Positions 37,501 to 46,508 of a DNA stretch of 64,000 bases are shown here, one piece after another (within the stretch, counting starts at the first letter, position 1; every line of letters begins with the position of its first letter). The notes beneath the pieces are model-generated. The model was not told the DNA's origin. It searched no databases and saw nothing but the letters and a program-made list of their open reading frames with translations. Source of the stretch: a virus; the IMG/VR virus record IMGVR_UViG_3300044692_000034, positions 77,738 to 141,737 of that record; one strand, 5' to 3'. The translations under genes and the position numbers were made by a program.

Positions 37501-40500
37501 CGAACGCCCCGCTGATCTGGTTGACGTTCGTGAACGGCGCCGTCTGGATGACCTGGTTCGGGTTACGCGGCGCTGGACCGGGCGTCACGCCCGGGAAGTA
37601 CTGGCTACCACGCGTCGTGAACGATGGAAGCACGGCAGCGGCGCTGCGATTCAGCAGGTTCGCTGACGCTTGCTGCGCGTTCGTCGCGTTCGTTCGCGCC
37701 TGCTGCGCTCTCTGGCCCGACAACGGGTCCGGAACCAGCCCGAACGTAAAGTTCGACAGCACCTTTTGTGCCTTCTGAACCGGGTTACCCGGCGCGGTCA
37801 TGTACGTCAGCAGCGCCACCACCGCAGCGGCCGGCCCAGACACCTTCGACAGGAACGAAGTGGCGCCCTCTCCGAGCGTCGCAACGCTCAACGCACGCGC
37901 CCCGGCGCCCACGGTACCCGCAGCAGCTCGCGCGCCCGCTGCAACGCGCCCCGCGCGGCTCAACGCGACGTCCTCCACGGGGGTTGCGGCGGCCTTGGCA
38001 GCAGCGAGACGCGCCCTGCGTGCGTCCTCATACGTGGGACCGGCGATGAACACGCCCTCGGCGGTCCTGACGACACCTTCTGCTGCGCTGCCGCCGCCCC
38101 GTGCGACTGCTCCGGTGGCGATACCGCCAGCGATGGCGCCGGCTGCGCCCCCACCACCGCCGATAATCGTGCCACCCGCCTGCGCAGCGTCATTCTCGGC
38201 CATGATGGTGCGTGCCTGCCGCAGGAGCTTGATGAGAGCGTTCATGCCGGAGATGGCTGCGGCGAGCCTGAGTGCCTTGACGAGCCCACCGGCCACGACG
38301 AGCGCGCCGATGGCGGTGCCGATAGCCGGGACCTTGTCGATGATCTCGTTGATCAGGCTCAGTGTCGTGTTCAGCATGCCGACGAACACGACGAGCGGCC
38401 CGTGGTCGCCGGTCAGCTTCTCGAAGATCTCGATGATCTGCGAGACGGCCTGAATGAACGCCGGTCCGAAGCTCGTGCTCGCGTTTTCGATGAGGTCGTG
38501 GAGCGCGGGCAGGAGGTCTTGCCGGATCGCGTCGATCAGTGGCGTGATCTTGCGACCATCGCCGAGGTCGAAGAATTCCTTCGCGGCGTCCTTGAGTAGG
38601 CCACCGGCGTCCAAGATCGCCGGGCGCGCGTTCGTGAAGTAGTCCTTGATCGCGTTCTCGCCCTTGGCGCTCTCCGTCCAGTCTTTGAAGACAGCGGCCT
38701 GCTCCTGGAGGATTCGGAGCATGTCGGAGCCGAGCGGGTACGCGTCCTTGAAGATGTTGTAGAGCGCGATACCGAGGTTCTCGGTGATGTCGAGGAGTTC
38801 GTGGACGACCCGCTCCGTCTCCTGGAAGAACTGCTTCATCTTGCCGTTGTCGCGGGTCGCTTGCGCCTGGTTACGGATGAAGACGGTCCACTGGTAGATC
38901 GTCTTGCTAATGGAGTCCGTTAGGTCGCCGCCGGCGACGGTGACATCCACGACAGCCTTGAGCAGATTGATCAGGCCCTTGCCGACAAGCTCGATGGTCT
39001 TGTCGTTGCGTTCCATGATCGTGCCAAGGTCGCGACCGAAGCCGTCGGAGCCCAGGAACTTGCCTAGGACCTCGATGAAGTCGCCGAGTGTGCCGCTCGT
39101 GCGCACAATGCCCGTACGGAAGACGTCGAAGTTCGCCATGGCGTCCTTGACGCCGGCCTCAACACCCGTGAATAGCTTCTGTCCTGCGGCCTGCTGTAGT
39201 GCTGTGTAGGTCGTATTCTCCTTGACGAGGTACTTGACGAAGTCGGCCTGCGCTGGTGAGAGTTGCTTCAGCTTCGCCGCGTACGTGTTCGCGGCCGACG
39301 TGCCCTTCTCTTGAGCTGTCGTGACGCCCGCTTGCGCGACACCGACGTCGTGGAGCGCTTCAGCCTGGTTGTTTGCTGCGTCAGTCACCTGCTTCTGCGC
39401 TTGGACAACCTGGTCAGACCCCTCGACGCCCTTCTTTTGTGCGTCGGCGTAGTCCTCGCGGGCACGCTGCGCCTGAATCTGTACGTCCTTCAGGTTGTCG
39501 CGCGCTTGCTGAAGGTTATTTTGGGCTTCTTCGACGCCGAGGCGGCTCGCGTTCGGGCCATGCTGCGCTGCCTGTAGCGCCTTCTGCGCCTCCTGCACCT
39601 GCAACGCCGCTGCGCGCTCGCTCGTGCCGGCCTCCTCGGAAGCGCGCTTCATGTCCTCGAGGTCGCGGGTGGCCTGCTCGCGCGCCTGATTCAGCGCGAC
39701 CAGCGAGTCCTTCTCAGCCTGTTGGTCCTGCTGGAGCGTGCGGCTCGCGTTGTGCAGCGACTCAGCCGCGCTCCGCTGCCGTGAGCCGGCGGTCACAGCG
39801 TTCTGCGAGGCTCGTGCCTGCGCGTTGAGACCAGCGGTGACGGCCGGGCCGATGCCCTGCGCGGCGAGCCCGATGGTGCCAAGCGCCTGCGCCGCAGCCG
39901 ACCCGTAGTTCGGGAGCGTTGCAAGCAGGCCCGTCAACGGGCCGAGAGACGACGCAGCACCCACCGCACCGGCCGTGAACGTGCTCAACGCCTGGATCGC
40001 GGCGCCGATAGCCTCAACAAACCCGGTCGACCTGATGACGCGCATCGCGATACCGAGCTGCCGGAGCCCGTTGACGGACTGGTTGCTTTCAGGACCGAGG
40101 CTCGACAGCAGCGAACCGAGCCCGCTACGTCCACCACCCCCGCCCCTGCCAACCGACGTAAACGCGCGAGCTGTGTCGTCGGCGGCCTGGATGCTGCGCT
40201 TGGCGGCTGCCTCGTCAGCTTCGGCGCGGCGGCGTGCGCTGCGCTCGGCCTCGGCGTCGCTCTTGATCCGCTCGCGCTGGATGAGTGCGTCGTTTGCGAT
40301 CTGCGCCTTGACACGCGTCGCATCGATCTTGAGCTGTTCTTCGACTGCCTGCGCCTCGATGCGGGACTGCTGACGCGCCTTCTGGCTGTCGATCCTGATC
40401 AGCTCGGACGCGGTCTGGCTGTGCTGCCGGACCTGCTGCGCCTCCGCTGCCTTCTGCTCCTGCTGGAGCTGTCGGTACGCCGCGTTGAACGACCGCGAGT

Positions 40501-40744
40501 CGAAGTCAGCGCCGAGCGTGGCCCTGAACTTCTCTTTGGCCTTGGCCTTGGCCTCTGCTTCCTTGAGCTTCGCGTCGTAGATCGCGAATGCGCGCTCGTC
40601 GACCTCCGCGCCAAGGTTCGCCTTGATCGGCTTGGCGGTCTCGGCCTCCAGCTTCTTGAGCTTGGCCTCGTACCGGTTGGCGCCGGAGTCGTCGACGTCG
40701 AAGCCGAGGCGCGCTGAAACGCCAGCTACGTCAAGATCGGCCAC
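34571..40744 (-). CDS. Tape measure protein with M23 peptidase and lysozyme-like domains
   Basis: 2057 aa, helical, Ala/Gly-rich; AIDVFG...V.APV.G...HIH (M23); IVESG..NL.YGDRDS.G.FQQRPSQGW. Confidence 0.93.
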   Translation of the reverse strand: MADLDVAGVSARLGFDVDDSGANRYEAKLKKLEAETAKPIKANLGAEVDERAFAIYDAKLKEAEAKAKAKEKFRATLGADFDSRSFNAAYRQLQQEQKAAEAQQVRQHSQTASELIRIDSQKARQQSRIEAQAVEEQLKIDATRVKAQIANDALIQRERIKSDAEAERSARRRAEADEAAAKRSIQAADDTARAFTSVGRGGGGGRSGLGSLLSSLGPESNQSVNGLRQLGIAMRVIRSTGFVEAIGAAIQALSTFTAGAVGAASSLGPLTGLLATLPNYGSAAAQALGTIGLAAQGIGPAVTAGLNAQARASQNAVTAGSRQRSAAESLHNASRTLQQDQQAEKDSLVALNQAREQATRDLEDMKRASEEAGTSERAAALQVQEAQKALQAAQHGPNASRLGVEEAQNNLQQARDNLKDVQIQAQRAREDYADAQKKGVEGSDQVVQAQKQVTDAANNQAEALHDVGVAQAGVTTAQEKGTSAANTYAAKLKQLSPAQADFVKYLVKENTTYTALQQAAGQKLFTGVEAGVKDAMANFDVFRTGIVRTSGTLGDFIEVLGKFLGSDGFGRDLGTIMERNDKTIELVGKGLINLLKAVVDVTVAGGDLTDSISKTIYQWTVFIRNQAQATRDNGKMKQFFQETERVVHELLDITENLGIALYNIFKDAYPLGSDMLRILQEQAAVFKDWTESAKGENAIKDYFTNARPAILDAGGLLKDAAKEFFDLGDGRKITPLIDAIRQDLLPALHDLIENASTSFGPAFIQAVSQIIEIFEKLTGDHGPLVVFVGMLNTTLSLINEIIDKVPAIGTAIGALVVAGGLVKALRLAAAISGMNALIKLLRQARTIMAENDAAQAGGTIIGGGGGAAGAIAGGIATGAVARGGGSAAEGVVRTAEGVFIAGPTYEDARRARLAAAKAAATPVEDVALSRAGRVAAGARAAAGTVGAGARALSVATLGEGATSFLSKVSGPAAAVVALLTYMTAPGNPVQKAQKVLSNFTFGLVPDPLSGQRAQQARTNATNAQQASANLLNRSAAAVLPSFTTRGSQYFPGVTPGPAPRNPNQVIQTAPFTNVNQISGAFARAIAGKAGNEDLSALSRVLGLSVDEIQKLNKSTLKDLQKQFENLKPTIQGIQDQFGRFPRAFKQIRAQDILDPRAAAELFGNFNKIREQGVLNIKDLRDNIKFNTDEINKAFQQGSQSWSEAMSKNIGIGIKAVKDGMHDGSISAKDGTEQIHKFVQQNMTLVRDDLDSFSAQGKDKLASNFSAAADAIKKQMDRAGKTTKAGLTQVRQYLEQEMEVYGFSISEAKNIVKGQSYIGGPEEGSAGPTGTGTQPRVKANAHGGMASPYGGSSADDHILLDPTGRPVAAMSGTEGVVNEPQMQILDYALGFTQAAGGLPWGSLSQLWGSGMRHYAGGGMLQLPASFTPTHQTAGLPGYPAIDVFGKPGERVGAPVGGTIARFSGRSPSAGAYEGAGGPFGWSMYLSGDNKATYFLTHFGSRAVKVGQRVSRGQNLGTVGDYPGGTPDHIHEGEDKGTVMGVDASSATSAGAAAALPRVPQPKVKNGGAVGALANQVLKVATGVANRVLASASASGGVTGSFSGDGGKIHPDPAVVAAIRKAIQVTKASPVEQLSGWEAAIVESGVQNLGYGDRDSIGVFQQRPSQGWKHAGIPLLAAEDYFRAAESHRPWRGSAGSLAQAVQRSAFPARYDQVASQARQFMARGGAMRRAMGGKVRKFAAGGVLGTSGARNPYSVGSLRKVTGDNITAYNKVQAQLDTMQKQYTQKDRAYGQSQETFVNETTGDVNVDEVNQRVNELTDLYNLRIAIWHKLEEAYNVVKRIIATYDTIITNLTNSLTHAKQKDRSGIRASISHYKANMKNWQDIAGDLPFDIEDARLDVLDIAQERQSVAMTAPDRSIQDQNYEDSKQQPPDTTETTGLTADQQAQLDQANRLQQIVGYGGYINQSGVGVLGGVNNPNSVGAYGGPNVPSVSPALAGKAAAMGVDLFGGTGSGTTIVNNINTLTPGDPAMLTQIGKTVTSGLGYQGSRSASRISLGVV

Positions 40745-40863
40745 ATCCGGCTCCGACGGTCAAGAAGTGGCCGAAAGTGGCCTGCACACGGGCGCAGAGC
40801 CGGGAGTCCCACTGCCCACGCGGGCGAGAGAGCGAACAGCAGTGGGACTCGGGTAGGCATGGC

Positions 40864-41295
40864 TCAACGGCCCCGCTTTGGCCACATGCGCGCATCAAGG
40901 CGCTGCTTCGCCGCCAGCACGCGCGCCATCGCATCGTTGTACCGATCGACCGGGCGTGGAGCCTCATGCGGCGCGGGCGGCAACGGACCTTCCTGCCACT
41001 GACTGTTGCGTAGCGGGTCGAGGTCGTGAGGTTCCATGCCAGCCTTGATGCGTTCGTCGTTCTCGATGCGTGCGCTTAGGTCGCGGAGCCGGCGCCAACT
41101 GGTTCGGTCGAGGATCCGCTCTTCGTCCCATCCGTAGGCGGAGGCGAATCGGTTGAGGACGTCAGACTCGTCTCCGAAGACGGCGGCGTCGAACTCGGCG
41201 TCTGTGAGTGGTCGTCGGACGGCTCGGGCACCTTGAGGGTCATCTGGACGCCGAACAACCCCAGCATCGAGTTGATCCTCGGCCCGAGTTTTCCC
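40864..41295 (-). CDS. Tail assembly chaperone frameshift extension (gpT-like, -1 frame)
   Basis: -1 frame open from slippery G GGA AAA (41295-41289) to TGA 40864; encodes ...FASAYGWDEERILDRTSWRRLRDL... Confidence 0.7.
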   Translation of the reverse strand, partial: GKTRAEDQLDAGVVRRPDDPQGARAVRRPLTDAEFDAAVFGDESDVLNRFASAYGWDEERILDRTSWRRLRDLSARIENDERIKAGMEPHDLDPLRNSQWQEGPLPPAPHEAPRPVDRYNDAMARVLAAKQRLDARMWPKRGR

Positions 41296-41951
41296 AGGAC
41301 GTTGTCCTTGTACTGCGCGGAGATGACCTCGGAGCAGACGACGCCCAGCTCGATGAGCATGTGGAAGGGCTCGTCCATGAGCGCGTCGCCGGCCTCCTTG
41401 ATCTTCTCGCGGATGGTCTCCTCGCCGTCGGCGGCGTAACGCCTGACGTCATCGTTCGGCATGCAGATCAAGCCGATGAGCGACGTCATCTGGTCCTCGG
41501 CCATCTCGATCATCATCGGGAAGACCTTGACGAAGCACTCCTGCGCGCTTGGCGTACGCGGACGCTTCAACTTGTTCCCGCTCGCCTGCCAATCCTGCTC
41601 CGACAGGTGACCGAGAGGATCGGGACCCATCATCGGGCCGCCGGTGCGCTCATCCAGGATCGGCATGCGCCGCACGAGCGGACGCCCCTGCCTGTCGTAC
41701 TGCACCTCACCGTCGACGACGACGGGCTCCTCGCGCATGAGGGGCTCCGGGGAGTACTGCGCCCGTGCGAACGCGCGGTCCAGGTCGACGGTGTTCTCCG
41801 CCTCGTACTCCTTGATGTACTGCTGCCATGCGCTCTGGATCTCCGGGGCCGCTTTGGCGACCTCGTCCAGGGTGCGCAGAACGCGGACGGCCTTACGACC
41901 CGAGAAGTCGTAGATCGTCACGGTCCGGTTGGTGAGCCTTACTTCGACCAT
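41076..41951 (-). CDS. Tail assembly chaperone (gpG-like)
   Basis: Between tail tube and tape measure; GGAGAGG RBS; slippery heptamer near 3' end. Confidence 0.75.
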   Translation of the reverse strand: MVEVRLTNRTVTIYDFSGRKAVRVLRTLDEVAKAAPEIQSAWQQYIKEYEAENTVDLDRAFARAQYSPEPLMREEPVVVDGEVQYDRQGRPLVRRMPILDERTGGPMMGPDPLGHLSEQDWQASGNKLKRPRTPSAQECFVKVFPMMIEMAEDQMTSLIGLICMPNDDVRRYAADGEETIREKIKEAGDALMDEPFHMLIELGVVCSEVISAQYKDNVLGKLGPRINSMLGLFGVQMTLKVPEPSDDHSQTPSSTPPSSETSLTSSTDSPPPTDGTKSGSSTEPVGAGSAT

Positions 41952-42010
41952 GATCCTCTCCTGGCTCAGGCTCGCGCCGACGTACGCCAACGCGAGCAGA
42001 GCCGCTTTGG

Positions 42011-43363
42011 TTACGTGAACGCCGGCTGCTGACAGCCGACGGTGCAGGTGTAGAGATCGACGCCCGGGAGCTTCTGGAAGCGGCCGGTGAGCCCGACCTC
42101 GGCCGAGCCCTGGTCCGGGTTCGGGCCGGGACTGTCCGGGATCTCCCACTGGACGCCCTCGACGTCGATCGCGAACGACGCGTACGTCTGCCCGCCGGAG
42201 TCCTTCTTCTGAAGGTTGGCGGAGTAGCCGCCGATCGGCGGGACCCGCTTGACGGGCTTGGTGCCGGCCACCGGCGTGGGATCGTTGTAGACCCACCGGT
42301 TCCACTTCTCCAGCATCGTGTTGTCGAACAGCATGGTCGCGCCGATGGTGGCGCCGACGTTGCCGCGCGCGAAGTCGAACGGGACGGTGTCGTCTCCGTA
42401 CACGAACGAGAGGTCCAGGTTGAGGGTGAACTGGAACTGCGTCTGTCCCTCAAAGACCTGGCCGTCGAGGGTGTACGAGCCGTGGCCCTCGGTATAGATG
42501 AGGACCGGACTGGACGGCATGTCGACGGTCGGCTCCGTGGCTTCGTCGTACACCTCACCCGGGTCGACGAACATGATCGTCGGGGTGACGCGGAGGACCT
42601 TGGCGCCGGTGCTCGCCTCGATGACGAGCTGCCCGATCCTGCCGTCGTTCATCTTGAGGCGCTGGATGCTGCCGATGGTGGCGCCGACGGTCTGCCACCA
42701 CGTCATCCAGAACCCGACGCCGCCGCCCGGCTTCGTCGCGTGCGAAGCGTTGACACCCGGCGTGGACTGCACGAACGTGACGTGCGGGCTGCTGCCGCCC
42801 GTCAGGTTGTTCGTGTACGCCTTGATCGCGGGCATCGGGCGCTTGGCTCTCAGCCCACCGTACGTGAGCGTGATCGCCGCCGGCCACGGGCCGCCCGTGC
42901 AGGTGACGTTGCCGGCACCGATGTACGGGTGAGCTTGGAGCGCGGCCTGCACCGCACCGGCCGTCGCGTTGAAGTTCAGCGGCGTGGTCGGGCGCCCCTC
43001 GATGTCGAGCAGGATGCTGCCGCCCGTGGGCGTGCCTCCGAGCGCGATGGTGTCGATCTCGTTGGTGCCGGAGAGCAGGACGTCTTCGTCGCCGTGGAAC
43101 ATCCACAGCAGCCACGCCAGCTCATCGACGGACCCTTCGACGCCCGGCGTGCCGGTGCCGGTCATCGAGTTCAGCCACGTGGTGACGTCGCCGAACGCGG
43201 TGCCATCCGAGAAGTTCTCCGTACCAGACTCGACGGCGACCTGTGCGCCACCGGTCACGAGCTTGAACGAGACGTCTGCGTCGGTGGCCGGCGTTCCCTT
43301 GGCCGACTGCTTCGCAGCCCAGACGCGATAGATGTTGGTCTCTGAGAGGGCAGCGTTGGACAT
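42011..43363 (-). CDS. Major tail tube protein
   Basis: AKQSAKGTPA N-terminus; inserted TNE..TI...GTPTGG...LNFNATA..VQAAL domain; position. Confidence 0.8.
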   Translation of the reverse strand: MSNAALSETNIYRVWAAKQSAKGTPATDADVSFKLVTGGAQVAVESGTENFSDGTAFGDVTTWLNSMTGTGTPGVEGSVDELAWLLWMFHGDEDVLLSGTNEIDTIALGGTPTGGSILLDIEGRPTTPLNFNATAGAVQAALQAHPYIGAGNVTCTGGPWPAAITLTYGGLRAKRPMPAIKAYTNNLTGGSSPHVTFVQSTPGVNASHATKPGGGVGFWMTWWQTVGATIGSIQRLKMNDGRIGQLVIEASTGAKVLRVTPTIMFVDPGEVYDEATEPTVDMPSSPVLIYTEGHGSYTLDGQVFEGQTQFQFTLNLDLSFVYGDDTVPFDFARGNVGATIGATMLFDNTMLEKWNRWVYNDPTPVAGTKPVKRVPPIGGYSANLQKKDSGGQTYASFAIDVEGVQWEIPDSPGPNPDQGSAEVGLTGRFQKLPGVDLYTCTVGCQQPAFT

Positions 43364-43656
43364 TACTTCTCACCGTCCTTCTCTGCCTTGCTCTTGTCGC
43401 GGCCGGCGGATGGCTTCGGAGGCTTCTCCGGCTCCTGCTCCGGCTCCTCGTAAGCCTTCGCGAGCGCTGTCCTCTTGAGAGGCGCGTACTTGTCGAGCCT
43501 GGCGATGGTGGCTTGGTCGTCGACCACGAAGACGCCGTTCGGGCTGCCCTCGACCAACTCCCTGACGTTGACCGTCGTGCTGTCGTTCACGAAAACCGTG
43601 CCCAACGCATCCAGGTCCGTGTACCCCGCCTTTGGCGTGTATGCCACCGCTGTCAC
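43363..43656 (-). CDS. Hypothetical structural-region protein
   Basis: Coupled to tail tube gene. Confidence 0.6.
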   Translation of the reverse strand: MTAVAYTPKAGYTDLDALGTVFVNDSTTVNVRELVEGSPNGVFVVDDQATIARLDKYAPLKRTALAKAYEEPEQEPEKPPKPSAGRDKSKAEKDGEK

Positions 43657-43810
43657 CGGCCCGACCCCCCTTGGAATCTGACTCGCGGCTTGCTGCCCAT
43701 GCAGCGCCGCTGACTTTATTCGACTCCTAAGTGGGGGCTGACCCCGGCTTCGGTGGGCTCTAGGATGCCGAGCGGTGCGGAGTGCGTGTGCACTCCCTAG
43801 CCGTTCGGCG

Positions 43811-44263
43811 CTACGTCATGTTTTCGTCGTAGCACTGGAACAGGACGCTGCTCATGCCGGTGTAGCCCTGTCCGCTGTCGCTCTCAAGCATCTGGTGGCC
43901 GCGCCACTCCTGCGACTCGATGACCCGCAGGCCCGCCATCTGCCAGTTGAATTTGTCGATGAGCAGGCGCCGGCATGCGCTGTACAGCTCTTCGTTCCGT
44001 GGCCACGTCAGCGTGCGGTACCAGATGTCGATGATGGTGCGACGGAACTCGCTCTCGAACCTGGCGGCCGTGATGGCGTTGGTATGGATCAGCCCGATTA
44101 CGGCGTCCTGGCCAACTGCGGTGCCTTCTCCTTCGCGCGGCGCGGGGGTGCCGTCTGCCGGCTGCCTCCAGATCGGCGGCAGCGACATGTTCGTGCCGTC
44201 GCGTGGGTCGCGGCCGATGCTGTTCTCGATGAGGTACGCCTGGATGCGGTCGGCGATGATCAC
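43811..44263 (-). CDS. Tail terminator / neck protein
   Basis: IQAYLIENSIG pattern; synteny. Confidence 0.6.
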   Translation of the reverse strand: MIIADRIQAYLIENSIGRDPRDGTNMSLPPIWRQPADGTPAPREGEGTAVGQDAVIGLIHTNAITAARFESEFRRTIIDIWYRTLTWPRNEELYSACRRLLIDKFNWQMAGLRVIESQEWRGHQMLESDSGQGYTGMSSVLFQCYDENMT

Positions 44264-44664
44264 AGGACTGTGCTCTTGAATCGGGTCCGCGACCGCTTGC
44301 TCGCGAACGTTTTCTGAACCGAGATGCGTAGCTCCTTCTCGAACACCTTCGCCATCAGGATGGCGTTGGCTTCGAGGAACTTGGCACGGCCGCCACGCGG
44401 ATGCTTGAAGTGCAGCGCCTCATGTTGCTTGACGGCGTACGCTCCTTCAACACGGACGAGGACGTACCGTGGCAGGACGGTGACACTCACATGGTCGGCG
44501 AGCGAGTACCCGGGGTCTGGGTCACGTGCCGGGTCGCCGACTGGGATGTCGGCGATGGTGGCGAGCGCCAGCTCATCGCCAACAGTCTTGAGGACGTCGT
44601 GGCCAGCTTCTTCCATGGCCGCCACGAGCCGCTTTGCAAGACCGTCGAACTTGCTGCTAGGCAC
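44260..44664 (-). CDS. HK97 gp10-like neck protein
   Basis: YAVKQHE...HP.GG.AKFLE motif. Confidence 0.75.
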   Translation of the reverse strand: MPSSKFDGLAKRLVAAMEEAGHDVLKTVGDELALATIADIPVGDPARDPDPGYSLADHVSVTVLPRYVLVRVEGAYAVKQHEALHFKHPRGGRAKFLEANAILMAKVFEKELRISVQKTFASKRSRTRFKSTVL

Positions 44665-45022
44665 GCCTGAGGATGATACGGGTTACGCCTGGTAGGCCGG
44701 GCGTGGTCGTACGCCGCCGCCACCGCACGATGCCAGTCTCCGCGTCCTGTCCGTCAATTTGGAACTCGATGCCGTAGCCGACTTCGAATTCCAGCACAGC
44801 TGCGTCTATAACCATGGTCCGGTCGAGGAGCTGGTCGATGACGGGGAGCCCGAGGTCTCCTCGGCTTGCCCGTGTCCTGTCCTCGTCGACCTCTACGCAG
44901 AGTACGCGTTCCTTCCCTGACCACACTTCTGTGCCGGGTACCGCTGGCCTGTCCCACTCGGCTTCCTGCCCCGGACCAGTCACGCGCGTAAGAACGCAGT
45001 TCGTGATCGTCGGGAGCTTCAC
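44657..45022 (-). CDS. Head-tail adaptor/stopper
   Basis: EWDRP...VWSG motif; synteny. Confidence 0.55.
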   Translation of the reverse strand: MKLPTITNCVLTRVTGPGQEAEWDRPAVPGTEVWSGKERVLCVEVDEDRTRASRGDLGLPVIDQLLDRTMVIDAAVLEFEVGYGIEFQIDGQDAETGIVRWRRRTTTPGLPGVTRIILRRA

Positions 45023-45864
45023 CGCACGAGCACCCCCCGAGACCCCCTGACGATCGTGTTCAGCTCCGGTGTGGAGAACAGGTCGTTGTCGAGATTCGGC
45101 TTGGCGTACGTGATTGCCTGGCCGTCGGCTTCTCGACGGACGACTCTCGCGTCGATCGTGCCGTTCGTCGTCCCGTACATCTCCTGCGCGAGAAGGAACA
45201 TGGCGCGCTGGACGTCGGCGCCGGCATAGTCCAAGCCGTGCTCGTAGCCAATGGTGGTGCGCTGCCCCGGCATCCCGTACGACGGGATCCAGTACAGCTT
45301 CGACGTTGACGGGTTGTATCTGATGCCTGCGATGGTGTCGGGGGCCCATGCCACGCCGCTGATGTCGTCGTGGACCTCGCGGATCGTGCGCAGGTACTTC
45401 CAGGTCAAGAATGCGACGAGCCTGTGCGGGATGACCGTCTCGCGGACGTATCGGGGTACGGCCGCGTACCCGAGCGCGTCCTCTAGCCGTACCTCGATCT
45501 GCGTGCGCTTGTCAGCAAGCTGCTCATCGGTGTCGTCGGGGTACAGGCTCGCGAGTACAGACAGCGGGCACAGGAAACCGCCGACGATCTCGTGGTACGT
45601 GTAGAGAGCCTGCACAAGCCCCCCGTACGTGAACTTCCAGCGTGCCACGAGCGTGTCCAGTAGCGCGGTCTGCGTACCGTTGAGCTGGTAGGTGAACACA
45701 CCTGTGCCGGCCTCTGTGGCTGCCGTGTCGGGCAGCAGGATCGTGCCGTCGGCGCGGGTGAGCTGGACCACAGCCGTGTCGGGCGACGGGTCGACGGGCG
45801 TGGTACCGGCTGTGACGGTGACCTTGATGGTGGGGTTGCTGCCTTGCAGGATTCTGTCGATCAT
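45019..45864 (-). CDS. Head-tail connector protein
   Basis: N-terminal Ig-like (GTGVFTY) plus LGYAAVPRY..E, IGYEHG, DVQRA. Confidence 0.7.
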   Translation of the reverse strand: MIDRILQGSNPTIKVTVTAGTTPVDPSPDTAVVQLTRADGTILLPDTAATEAGTGVFTYQLNGTQTALLDTLVARWKFTYGGLVQALYTYHEIVGGFLCPLSVLASLYPDDTDEQLADKRTQIEVRLEDALGYAAVPRYVRETVIPHRLVAFLTWKYLRTIREVHDDISGVAWAPDTIAGIRYNPSTSKLYWIPSYGMPGQRTTIGYEHGLDYAGADVQRAMFLLAQEMYGTTNGTIDARVVRREADGQAITYAKPNLDNDLFSTPELNTIVRGSRGVLVR

Positions 45865-46166
45865 TAGCCTACCTCGAGGCGGCCGAGGTCTCGTGTTGGC
45901 GGCGCCAACGATACCTCATCGGCGGCTGGTCCTTCTGCGGGCTCGTCGGGTTCAGGCAACGCAGGCGTCACGTTGATGACACCTTCTTCGCCGGTGGTTG
46001 ACCACGTGTAGCGCCACTGCCCGAGCTGCGGGAGCCACAACCGGGCCTTGCCCAGAGGCGCCGGCATGCTCCCATGGAACCCGTCGGGCGCATCGAATTC
46101 GAGGGTGCCGTCACGCGGCCCGCGCAGCATGATCGTTGAACCTTGTGGACGTTCGTGCGTGCGCAT
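45864..46166 (-). CDS. Hypothetical structural protein
   Basis: GQWRYTW Ig-like strand; operon position. Confidence 0.55.
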   Translation of the reverse strand: MRTHERPQGSTIMLRGPRDGTLEFDAPDGFHGSMPAPLGKARLWLPQLGQWRYTWSTTGEEGVINVTPALPEPDEPAEGPAADEVSLAPPTRDLGRLEVG

Positions 46167-46170
46167 GCGC

Positions 46171-46500
46171 TTACCCCAGGTCCTCGGTCACGACGAACGA
46201 CGGGTTGCGTTCCTTGTTGTTCGGGAACGTTTGGATCTTGCCGACGGTCCACGTCACCTCGATCTCGCAGAAGTACGTGCCTGCGGTGTCAAGGTCGCTC
46301 GCGCCCCATGTGTACGACCAGAGGCCGCTCGCGCCGGCCGGCACGTCGCAGGTGCCTTCGATGGGGTCGACGCGCGCGTCGCACACCGCGATGAACTTGA
46401 CGGACGTCGCGCCGCTGATGTCGACGGGGCCGTCGTTGTCGGTGAGCTGCCCGCCGATGTCGGGGGTGGTGTCGCCTGTTTTCCACTCGGGGATTGCCAT
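46171..46500 (-). CDS. BppU-like Ig-fold virion protein
   Basis: KTGDT.P....L, PVDISGAT.V.F, G..SYTW...DLDTAG.Y..E.EVTW..G..QTFPN; GGAGG RBS. Confidence 0.75.
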   Translation of the reverse strand: MAIPEWKTGDTTPDIGGQLTDNDGPVDISGATSVKFIAVCDARVDPIEGTCDVPAGASGLWSYTWGASDLDTAGTYFCEIEVTWTVGKIQTFPNNKERNPSFVVTEDLG

Positions 46501-46508
46501 GTCGCCTC

